Source: Dipteris shenzhenensis
Lineage: Eukaryota
Reading direction: 5' to 3' (one strand)
Assembly (NCBI GenBank): GCA_047967505.1
Contig: CM106538.1
DNA: 64,000 bases
The translations under genes were made by a program, and so were the position numbers. Below are positions 1-10,449 of the stretch, piece by piece (within the stretch, counting starts at the first letter, position 1; the number at the start of each line of letters is the position of its first letter). The notes under the pieces were generated by a model. That model made no database searches. It saw nothing but the letters and a program-made list of their open reading frames with translations, and was not told where the DNA came from.

Positions 1-2719
1 TTCGAGGACATATCCAACAAGTACCATGTGAACCTACATTTGGAGGCAGAATATGCAAGCACACGCTCTTTGGGATATAGTGGAACTCCTCAAAGTGTGC
101 TCCACAGTCTTTGATTGCAAGGGAAGAAGCATCTTGACCTTTGGGTGGATGGAAACTTGTATCCTTTAGACCCTACCACCCAAAAGAGTCCTCCTTTTTA
201 TACAGTGCATGATGTTGTTCGGTTTGTTGGCAAGGGACATGCTGGATTGCTCGGTTATTGCAATCGATTGAACTATTCTCAGACATTGGCTATGCAAGCA
301 AGCGAGGTGCAGAGAGCCCAAGCAGAAGAACTTGCACATTTGGGAAATATTACTATTGTGGCAATGCATAATAGTATGCAGGATCTCCAATTGCAAAACA
401 AAGAACTCAGTGACAAAGCACATACACTGGACTTGGAGCGACATGAATTGGAAGAATCAATCCAAAAGCTTGCTGAAAGCAAACAAGATTTGGAAAGGTC
501 TATCTATGGCCAAGTTGAACGTGCTGTGGAGAAGGAACGAGAGAAGTCGATAGAACGAGTACAAAAGTTGAAGGGAACACCTTTGGGACTGAAGGAGAGG
601 GAAAGACAATTGCAATCTATGGATACATTGTCAACCAATAATGGTGCCCGAAAGAGGAGAATATGGGCTGCAAGGTTAGTTCCCCAAATTTTCAATGAAA
701 TTTCTTACCCCAAAATATTTGTCGTGTTGCATTCTTTCCACTAAGACTCATTTGTACTCTAGGAATTTCATGGAGGATGTGATGGGAACAATGGAAATGG
801 ATGATAGTGATCCTTCATATGTTCTAAGAAGTTTAATAAAGCCAAGTGATGTCATGGAAGTGTTGAAGGACCCTAGACAAAAAGGGCTATGTAAACAAGT
901 TGCTAGAGAGGTAATGAAGGATTTCAAGGGCCTCGTCCAAGCAAAGGAGGTGCTTGGAGCTTGTGATGCTACTGGTGTAAGTCGTGAAGCTTACAACTCT
1001 GTTTTTAAAATTTTCAAGTCTGCTATGGAGGAAAAGTATAAGATATCTACAATGCCATTGCCAACACCGTGGTCTGTAAGGCTTGCACGTCAAGAAACAA
1101 ACCAATGTGCTAGAGAAAAGATTGGAGGATACCATTGTGTACGTGGCACAATGACTTGGAAGAGTAAAAAGAAATCTGGCATCCAAATGTTTGAGATGAA
1201 TGCTTTCAATAATGTTTACGTGGATGTAGAGAATTTGCAGAGAGCCATGGTCAAATTCTATGGGATGAGACAAGAAGGTAAGAGAAATTCCCTCCACATT
1301 CAACTTTATTTCTTCTGATTTCTATATCCTTACTGAATTTCTCTTTCATTGTATAGATGGCAAGCTAGTATTTGTTATAAAAATGGATGAAGCTCAGTTG
1401 GTAAAAGAGCACAAGCTAGAGACGGCGGTGAGCATTTGTATTATGAACGACACCTTGCGTTTTGCTCAAGGGGATGAGGAATTTGAGCAGGGTTTCTCAG
1501 TCCAATCTGAGAAGGATATATGGTGGCTTGTAGCCTTTGAGACCCCAAAGGAGTGCCATGAGACATTGAAGTGGGTTTTGGAGAGAACCGGCATCCCATC
1601 GACCACTCTCAGAAGATGCAAAAGGGAAGCCTACAGTGGGAAAATGGCATCCTTTCTTGCAACCAAAGTGCAACCCCTGATCATCACAAAATGGATCCTA
1701 AGTGGGACCCCATTCTACCAATTCCATTGGAGTGGGTACACATGTGTACTTTGCATGTTGAGTTGCGTATACTTGATAACTTACTCTATCTCCATCTAGT
1801 TTATGTTTGGAATTTGAGGCCATAGCAAGTATCTGCACAATGCATTGCAAAAGCTGAAGAACTACGATCACTAATGGGACTTCACGGAGGCAATGTGAAG
1901 CTTAAGCAGGACAAGAAACAATTAGGAAAGACACAAAATCTTCCTGCTAAAGTGTCCATGGGTGGACGAAAGGCAAGGAGGTTCTTGTCCAACCACAATG
2001 CTAATAAAGAAAAACATACATTGGCTCAAAGCACCCTAGGTTGGGAGTACTAGAAAGATTTGTGTGAGTGCACCACAAATCAAGCTTTACATCCGTGAAT
2101 TGCTACTTTGAGAGCAAAACTGTGAACAAAGCTTGATGCATTTATAAAGTTGCTTAGACAAGGTCAAATAGATGAGCTTTATTATCAGAGATTCAGGACA
2201 GCATTGGGAGAATTCATATCATTGATGGTAGAAGCATGGGGGGAGTCACATATTACACATTACATGGTAATCCTCCTCAGGTTGAAATTTTGTGCTTTAA
2301 ACTTGAGTCAATTTATGTTTCTAATACAATGTTTTTCTTTACAGCATATTCTTTACGCACATGCACCATGGTTTGTGGAGCAATGGGGCCCTCTGTCCAT
2401 TTGGAATACTCAAGGAATGGAGAAATCACACTACAGAGCAAAGGCAACATATTTCAAGAATACAAGGCATGGGGGTGGTATCGCGCGAAGCAATGCACTA
2501 CACGAAATGTTCGATTGGTTTTATAGATGTCTAGAGGATAGGACTCTCAAGCGCGATAAGGTAGAGGTCTCAAGTCTCACAAAAGCAGTTCAACATGTCA
2601 AGAAGACAAGGAGATGTGCTACTTAGAAGCCCTCAATAGGGAGCCAAGGGGTTGCGCTTTGGCTGCAACGTAGAGTCAGATAGGGGAGGCGTTGGGTCCT
2701 AAGAGAGCCCCAAATGTAA
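1..2719 (+). pseudogene. Spliced Transib/RAG1-like DDE transposase (5' end outside window; stops, frameshift and probable internal deletion)
   Basis: Frame-preserving GT-AG introns at 675-762, 1278-1356 and 2267-2344 join ORFs 115-744, 695-1318, 1383-1799, 1571-1825 and 2150-2626. Spliced motifs in RAG1/Transib order: FVIKMDEA (candidate first Asp, 1386), CTLHVELRILDNLL (His 1754), SMGGRKARRFL (cf. RAG1 MNGNFARKL), ITHYMHILYAHAPWFVEQWGPLSIWNTQGMEKSH (cf. RAG1 [34 protein letters not shown]; Glu 2420). The second Asp region is not found near 1600. Confidence 0.78.
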
Positions 2720-2912
2720 AATGTTTGATGAATAAAGTTAACACTATTTTGAGTCAATTATGGATTCCAAAATTCACAAATTTGTTTGGAAATTGTAGAA
2801 TTGCATGTGCGACATGGCAGGGTGGAGGCGTGAGGGTTGGGAGGGAGGGTGGTGAAGGTTAAGTATTATTGAACTGGCGACAAAAGACTGGGGGGGAGGA
2901 GGTGCACTAAAA

Positions 2913-2982
2913 AAACCCTAATTTAAAAGAAAAACCCTAAAGTGCTTTAAAAAAGACTATATAAAGCACTTCAAAACCCTAA
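2913..2982 (+). promoter_or_regulatory. Putative core promoter of the H3-like gene: three telo-boxes and a TATA box
   Basis: AAACCCTAA at 2913, 2932 and 2974; TATATAAA at 2958-2965; ATG at 2997. Confidence 0.55.
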
Positions 2983-2996
2983 AATCCCTCATTTCT

Positions 2997-4060
2997 ATGG
3001 CACGAGTTAAACAAACTGCTAGACACACTGGACATCGTTTAGACGCTACCCGTTGTCCTCCTCACAATGCCATGGCCTCCAAACACACTGCAAGCCCCAG
3101 TGGCCAAGAGGGCAATGATCACCAAGGATCTAAAGGCTGTTCTCCTCATCAGGAGTCCAAGGAACGCGAGTCCCCACCATCCAACTCAGATCCAAGCACG
3201 ATGAGGGGTCCTCTCAGTCCTTCCACACAATTAATCATGGAAGTAGAGAGGTCTCCCGAGAGGGGCAAAATAGTCCACTCAATCCTGATCAACTGCCCCT
3301 CCCTCCTCCGTGGGGTCCTAGCGTGGAGCATCTAGACCAACAAGGGGAGCAAGAAAGAAAAAGAGAGGAGATGGAGAGATTACAGGGGCCACAACAAGAG
3401 GAAGTATTTGGCGGGCTCGTAGATATAATGAACCTTGGCCCCAATCCTCTAACCAAGCACACTGCACGGAAGAGCACCATCAACCCTCTGTGCCTTGAGA
3501 TGATCAGATATGAGGAGCCTCTAGTACGAGCTGATCAAGAGCCTCAACCTACTGTCTCACAGCCGCGTGAAAAGGAAAAGAGACCAAGGACAAAGTAGAC
3601 CCCTAGGCGCGAGAGGCCACCTCGAATGACCCAACAGACACAGGAAGAGGAGTCTGAAGAGGTGGTTGCAAGGGAGGAGAGGCGAAAGAAGTTCAAAGCA
3701 GACAAGCGGCCATGGAGCCATGTCCAAAGGCCAGTGCAGGGTCCCCCAAAGATTAAGAAGCGCAAAAAATCAGGAGTGAAGGCACTTCAGGAGATCCGCA
3801 AGTTCCAAACCACTGTGGACAATCTCATTCCCCGTGCACCCTTCCAGCCTGTTGTACGTGAAATAGCACAGCATTACAAGAGTGATGTGCATTTCACTTT
3901 AGGCGCTATGGGAGCAATTCAGGAGGCAACGGAGCAGATGACAGTAGGTCTTTTTGAAGACGCAAACTTATGTGCTATTCATGCCAAAAGAGTAATAATG
4001 ATGGACAAGGACCTTGCACTCGCCAAGCACATCCGCTCCGATCCCTCCCTTAGGCCCTAG
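2997..4060 (+). pseudogene. Divergent histone H3-like gene with a ~250-aa N-terminal tail (one frameshift near 3265, TAG at 3596-3598)
   Basis: Starts MARVKQTAR. C-terminal histone fold [12 protein letters not shown]...[19 protein letters not shown]...QEATE...[26 protein letters not shown]. ORFs 3323-3598 and 3626-4060 are in one frame, separated only by TAG. Confidence 0.9.
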
Positions 4061-4240
4061 ATGTTTAGGCTCATTTGGTGTAACCTGAATCATTTTGTAA
4101 ATCTCTGCCCTTTGAGGCTAATGAATCAAAGATATTTTTATGTTCTATTACTGTTCCCATGTTATTATACATGTTACGTGATGCTTTCCATCAGTTTATG
4201 CAAGTTTAGTGTGAATTTCAGTGGTCAAATGATGTTTTTT

Positions 4241-4461
4241 CACCACGCGGCAGAAGGCAAATGTGTTCGGCATCGTGCGGGGAGCCCAAAAATGGCAAAA
4301 CCCACTATGGCATGTATGGGGCCTATTTGCCCAAAAATGGCAAAACTCGCTATGGCGCGTATGGGGCCAAGTCAAACAGGCCCCATACGCGCCATAACGG
4401 GTTTTGCTATTTTTGGGCTCCCCATGTGATGCCAAACAAATTTGCCTTCTGTCGCGCGGTG
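4241..4461. repeat. ~220-bp inverted repeat (hairpin/MITE-like) with CAC...GTG ends
   Basis: 4241-4324 (caccacgcggcagaaggcaaat...tatggggcct) is the imperfect reverse complement of ~4378-4461. An extra internal copy of the cccaaaaatggcaaaac..tatggggcc unit is present. Confidence 0.85.
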
Positions 4462-4685
4462 AGATTCTTACTGGATTGCTCAGAAATGACCATTATAGCG
4501 CAAATATTTATCTGATCGCATGCTTTTGAACAGAATAGTGAATGAAAATAGTAATGCCAACAACAATTAAAGTTACAAAATACAATGACAGTATAAAATA
4601 AATTTTATAAAAAAACACAAAATGGGGCACTGTATCAAAAGTATAGCTGTATTCATATAAAATAAAATTTCTATACAATAAGGCT

Positions 4686-6178
4686 TCAAAGCCTTTCTCT
4701 CTTCTCTAAAACACTAAGAGCATCGACGGGCTTTGAATTCCCAAATACACTCCTAGCTCTAAACCTAGTCGATAGAGAGTCATTACTATTGTCATTGCTG
4801 GCCAGGGACATGGCTGCTGCCGTCGATGCCATACCTTGAAAATTGGTTCCAAAGGCATTGAGGGCAGCCATGCGGTTCACCAAAATGACCTTGTCAGCAT
4901 TGCGATTGATGTCAGCATGACCAATGACTCTTGACAAGGCCTTGCACTTCAGGAGGTCATTAGTGCCATGTGGAGAAAACTTTTTGTGGATAACCACAAA
5001 GCGCTCTTTTGCTTGGCCAAGGTAATGTGCCAGTGAGTGATCTCGACCGAAGCTACTACGAATAAGGTGTTGCCGAGATGAGAATAGGTCGACCTCAAAT
5101 GCCTCCTGCAACAATCCAACATTACATTAGAATTCCATTAAAGCAAAAGTATACCAAGAGAGGAGAAATTCAAAGCTGATAGTTTCTTACCACTATGGAG
5201 TCATCATGGTCAATCCCTTCCTCTTTGTTAATGAGGATGGATCCAGAGGCCTCCTGCTGTCTGGAGTGAGATGTGGAGGCTTCTTCTAGAACATCAGGTA
5301 GGTCGAAGTAGATTGATGTCTCTGCATCTTTGATTTGGGCCACTGTTAAAGCAAGAACCTCTTCTATTGAATCATCTGCTCCCAATAACCCAGCTTCTTG
5401 CATAGTTGTGTCCACCTCGTATCCACACAAGATACCAAGAGATTCATCCTCTCGGAGACCAAACATAACCTCTATGTCATGGAGAAAGAGGTATTGTTCT
5501 CCATCGACAGGAAGGGGAGCAAGAAACCATATCGATTTTGCGGGGTCAACAGAGGTGGTGCCCAAGGTGGATGGAATTTGAGAAGTAGAATGGGGTTCAA
5601 GAGGTCGCTAGAGTACTTCCATGGCCAATGCAGCTTCCTGCTCCTTAGCTTCTTCATCTATGGGCTCTTCATTATAGATGTTGGGCTCATCTATAGAAAT
5701 AAGAGGATCGGAAAGGGCAGGGGCAGGGTCAAGGCTTGAGGTCGAGGCCTCCTCTTCCATTTGTCCCTCCTGGAGAAGGAAAATAAAGGTCATTTCCCAA
5801 GATAGTTAGGAACCTATTTCTTGTGTTTTCGATGACTCCACATGCTAGGAGGTCATCAGTGTGCACCTCCCTAAACCCTAGGGGTGTGAGCTGAGCTCGA
5901 AAGCGATCTAAACACTTCACAAACCTGGGTTCTTGATTGAACAAGTACTTCAAATAATCAATTGGGACCCATCTTTTTGTAGACTCATCAAGTTGATATG
6001 CAAAACTCGCGATGTGGTCTTGCATGTACTTGATGAGGTCTTCAAAGTCATCTCGGGCTCCCAAGTAGGTGCCTAGGACATCTATGCTCTTATCAAAGAC
6101 TGGAAATAACTCCTCCTCTCTATCAATTAATGGAGTACGGGAGATGAAATCGTGGAAGGCAGACCTAGCAGAATCCAT
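4686..6178 (-). pseudogene. Orphan protein gene (~470 aa) within the Transib-like cluster
   Basis: ORF 6178-5729 shifts frame near 5790 into 5793-5608. TAG at 5608-5610, then the same frame continues through 5565-5191. A phase-0 GT-AG intron (5190-5106) joins to 5105-4686. TATA-like sequence near 6250. Confidence 0.6.
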
Positions 6179-6411
6179 GGTATTTTGGTAGCGAGGAGAA
6201 CTATGGCTATGATAGTGAAACTTTGAAACTAAAGTAGCTTTATAACCTATATATACCCAAATGTTCTAAATATAAAAAATAAAAAGAATTATAAATTTTT
6301 TGGGAAAAACTTGACATTGACATGAAACAAAACCATTCAAAACATCAAAATTAATTGCACCACTATTAATTGGAAAATGTCAAAATCCACAATTGTTCCA
6401 CCCCACATTTT

Positions 6412-7688
6412 CTAGACAATCTTCAATATTGCAGGAGGGATAAAAGTGGCACTATGCACGAGCTTCTTTGCACGTTTTCCTACCTTTTCACCATTTAAGG
6501 TAAAGTGAAAGGACTCAGACATGCCATCCTCCATGACCAATAGGTGTTCCCGCACGTCCCTGAGAGTCCTCTGTGACATGACAGTCACATTCTTAACATC
6601 TCCTAAATGAGAACCAATACATAAACTTACCCTTGTATTATCATCATCGTTAGAGTCAAGGGGGAGCCAATTGTCACCTGTTTTCTTCCAGCGCCTATAT
6701 TGGAAAGGAAAATATAACATTTGGCGGGAGATGTGGTACTTGACAACCACATTGTCCTTACATACATGGCATTGAAACATATCACCCTTTTGTTCACCTG
6801 ACCTGCTTCCCCAATTCACCCCAAGCGATTCCTCAAGGGCATTCTCATGTAGGCACTTGCATGACCACATGGTTTTTGTTCTGTGCATCTGGATATTATG
6901 AAAACAAGAAGCAAAAATGTGCAGAGGCATAAACCAAGACAACCTTACCCATTTAGAGCCAAATGTAAACTTCATGGCCATGCCCACATCCTTTGCAATC
7001 TTTTCCTTGTATGATTGCATTGTTCTTGTGTCCACCATGCTACAATTCATGTCTTCAAGTTGTGGTGTTGCAATGCATTGAAGATGGCCATAGCCTGATG
7101 CCGTCCTTGGAGTAATGTACTTGGCATTATACCAATAGATATTTCTCTGTTTCAAAGCAGAGGACTTCTCTCTATCATGCATTTGCCTTCCTAAATCCTC
7201 ATGAATGGCAGTAAACTTACCTAAGAAGCACTCGATTGGTTCCCACTCCTCAAAGTCTGAAGGAAATAAATCTGCTATGCACAAGTGCTATTTCAAAATA
7301 CAATTTCAAACTGACTCATTACACTGGTTCTATTTCAAAATACAATTTCAAGCTGACTCATTACACTTCAAAATCTTACACAAAATGCAGACTTACAATG
7401 CGATGGTATTGTCGATTGTTTGTTGGACAGAGGAAGGCGCATGTCCTTCCCCATGTAGATGTGTTGCACCTTTTCAAGCAATCCTTTCTTCCCAAGCTTG
7501 AACTTCATGATGTGGCCCTTCCATTCATGCAAAAGATCACCTCGTTTGCTCTTGGGAAGCTTATGTGGACCCTTGGCAGATCCTCTCATGACTATCCAAT
7601 CATTCAAGCTGTAGGTGCAAGGCACCCGTTCACCCAGTGCATTTTTGCTCCTGTGGGACACAGAGTACATGTATGGTCTCCTCACCAT
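6412..7688 (-). CDS. BAH-domain protein (two exons), possible ubiquitin-like C-terminal domain
   Basis: Exon 7688-7397 (TYSLNDWIVMRG...WKGHIMKF...KVQHIYMGKD) splices via a GTAAGT donor at 7396 and an in-frame NAGNAG acceptor at 7275/7272 to LFPSDFEEWEPIECFLGKFTAIH. This matches the BAH pattern Y-x-x-x-D-x-V...ELF-x-S...P-x-E-C-x-x-G-K. The true start could lie further upstream. Confidence 0.62.
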
Positions 7689-7809
7689 GCTTGTACAAAG
7701 GTCACAATAGCAATAGTGGACTAGAAAGTGTAGCTTGGAGGGAGAGAGTAGCTCCGATAGAGGGAGAGAGAGGGAGAAGGGATAGAGGGTGTAGGTGAAC
7801 CTTGAGAGA

Positions 7810-8050
7810 TGCTCCAAGAGGTGATGTAGCTAGGAATGGAGGGAGAAAGAGTAGAGGGGGATGAGCAGCTGCTCCAAGAGGTGTTGTAGCTAGGAATGGA
7901 GGGAGAAAGAGCAGAGGGGGATGAGCAGCCACTACAGGAGGTACTGTAGCTAGGAATGGAGGAAGAAAGAGCAGAGGGGGATGAGCAGCTGCTGTTGTAG
8001 GAGGTGCTGTAGCTAGGAGTGGAGAGAGAATGAGCAGTTGCTACAGGAGG
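7810..8050. repeat. ~60-bp purine-rich tandem repeat, about 4 copies
   Basis: Repeated gaggtg..gtagctaggaatggagggagaaagagcagagggggatgagcagc units. Confidence 0.85.
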
Positions 8051-8559
8051 TGCTGGAGAGGGAGAAACACAGTGGACCCGAGCAGGAGGGGGCAAAGAAG
8101 ATGCCAAATGCATTCCCACATTTGAAAAATGGAGGGAGAATGGAGCTGGACCAGAGAAGAGGAGGGGGCAGGCCTGTAACAAGCTGAGAGGGGGGGAAAA
8201 TTTGCCCAGAAGGGCCCACCGCCTCTTGAATGACTTGAAGGTTTGTTTGAGGGAGGTGCATATGGGAGAAGGGTCAAGCATGGGTTGAGGGGTGTGGGGG
8301 GGATGGTTTAAGTGGTCCCCAGTGTAAGAGGAGTAGCCAATAGGGGCTATTTGCAAGTCTGCCCACCCTCCACCTCAACATGGCATTGCCCCACAAAAAG
8401 GAGCACTCCCATTGGTACACCTCAAATACCTCACTAATCCCTTGAAATTAGGAAACACTAATTGGGGGCCCTTTGGAGACCCCAATTCTCCCCTAATGCT
8501 TTTATGAACTCGTCTTCAATGGAAAGAAATGTCACCGCTTATTGATGTCTTCCTTATTC

Positions 8560-9250
8560 ATCATCCATTCAGTAAGATACCCACATGTATTTTATATTTG
8601 AGCGTTACGATTGTGACCATGGATTTGTATGTCATAGCTATTGTAGAAGTGGCTTAGGTTGCCCCTCAAATTTTCCTTGAAAACCTCAAAACATTCTTAT
8701 TATGCTTCTCGCTGTCACAAGGATATTATGTTGAGGTGATGAGATTTCTAAGAGGCAAAATTTTTGCCATTTTGACATTCTAGGAGTTAAACTTGGTGGC
8801 TATCTTTTGGCCCATGTGTTTGGTTGTGTTTCAAGAAAAACATCCCTTCTAATAGTACTTTGGTTGTAAACATTGAACCCGTTGAGGAAAGAATACATCT
8901 CATGGCTGGCTACAACATCAATGATAGAATCAAGGAAGGAAATGGAAAAAGGGTCAATCACGATAGACGCTTTGAGCCAATGGTAATCCACAAAATCCCA
9001 TAGCTTCCTATTACTATTGGGGACAATTATGATCCTCCATGTGGCCCGGTCTATAGAGTATGTAAAACCCACTTTCAAAAGTTTATCAATTTCTTCCTTG
9101 ACCTTATTGGCATAGTTAGGGCTCATCTAATAGCATTGTAATCACACTGGTTTGGCATCATCTTTGAGCACAATCTTGTGCCGGTAAAGCTAAGGATCAA
9201 TGCATTCATATCAGTGTAACTCTGAGAAAAAACGTCGACAAAGAAACTGA
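8560..9250 (-). mobile_element. Ty3/gypsy reverse transcriptase fragment
   Basis: MSPNYANKVKEEIDKLLKVGF...IVP...VDY...DPF...YSFLNGFNVYNQ, a degenerate RT N-terminal half. Confidence 0.8.
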
Positions 9251-9559
9251 GGAGGCTTTGGTGGGTTGGGAGCAAGCATTTGGTCTTTCAAAAAATGCAG
9301 GTTTATATTATAAAGTAAAAAAGAGACCAGCTTTTACATCAAAAGTTCTCTACCCCTGACCAATATTATCAGGGAGAAGTAACATAGGGATTTATCATCC
9401 AAAACAGGTCGAACTGAGTTACAAAGTGTAAGTGTTAAACATAACATGTCAGATTGTCTCCTCCTTCGGCACCACATGAGTGATGACCTTAATGACCATA
9501 GTACCCACCGGGATGTGCATACCTACACTTCTGTTCCTTCTCAAGATGTGCTCTCTTGG

Positions 9560-9725
9560 AGCACTAAAGGGACTCGAGAAAGAGTTCCCTTGACATATTT
9601 TTGTTGCGCACCTTGACAGATGCACTTGTAGGATCCACTGATGAGATGGAGTGCTAAAGGGACTCGAGAAAGAGCTCCCTTGACATATTCTCATTGCGCA
9701 CCTTAAAAGACACACTTGCAGGAGA
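9560..9725. repeat. Two-copy ~90-bp direct repeat
   Basis: ctaaagggactcgagaaagag(t/c)tcccttgacatatt...tgcgcacctt occurs twice. Confidence 0.8.
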
Positions 9726-10087
9726 ATGTGTACTTGTCCTTCTGAGCCTTACCTTCATTTTCTTGTAGGAGATGGGTCTCTTGAAGAAGGTAATTGGGGA
9801 CAAGCAAGTTATTCTCCTTCTAATCCTTACCTTCATTGTCTTGCAAGCTTCATCATGGCCAACCTTCGTGCTCGAGTGCTCTATTACTACCTCTCACTGC
9901 TTCTTGTTTTTCTTGGCATCCCCTTCACTGCTGCTCCTTAGTGACTACCAGATGGTGTTCATCACCTTGAGGCAGATTATTGGGAACTAAGTTGCATTAA
10001 TCCGCTCGATTTTTTTTTCGATTTGAAAAAACCCGAGAAATCGTGATTTTCCCGAATTAAAACGAATCCAACGATTTTTCCTAATTT

Positions 10088-10275
10088 ATTCATACGAATA
10101 AGTTATTCGTACAAATAAGTTATTCGTACGAATAAACCTTTCGTACGAATAAACCTTTCGTACGAATAAGTTATTCATATGAATAAACCTTTTGTACGAA
10201 TAAACAAGGTTATTTGTACGAATAAACATAGTATAAATATGAAACAACTGTTATTTTTGGTATTCATACGAATAC
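10088..10275. repeat. Cluster of palindromic TATTCGTACGAATA-type repeats (likely TE subterminal repeats)
   Basis: About 8 variants of (tat)tcgtacgaataa in tandem. Confidence 0.8.
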
Positions 10276-10449
10276 ACCCAGCTATATTCTTGAGCCACCT
10301 GCTTGCCTGCTTGCCACCTCTTGGTTGCCTACTTGCTACCTCTTGCTTACTTCCATACCTACCATCTCTCGTCATAGGTACCTTATTGTACCTTACTTTT
10401 ATTATAGTCTTTCGTTAGTAATCAATGTTTCTCTCTCTTGTTTTGTTTA

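Noticed and set aside
2997-4060. Bona fide CENH3 or canonical H3 gene
   Set aside because: Loop 1 is not extended and the H3-type Gln/Phe are retained, yet it is far too divergent for canonical H3. It is also frameshifted.
1-7688. Endogenous giant-virus fragment (histone plus Bro-like gene)
   Set aside because: No viral hallmark genes (capsid, polB, packaging ATPase). The genes have spliceosomal introns and adjoin a DDE transposase.
7702-8356. Pro/Ser-rich ORFs
   Set aside because: Explained by the 60-bp tandem repeat. An upstream exon of the BAH gene cannot be excluded.
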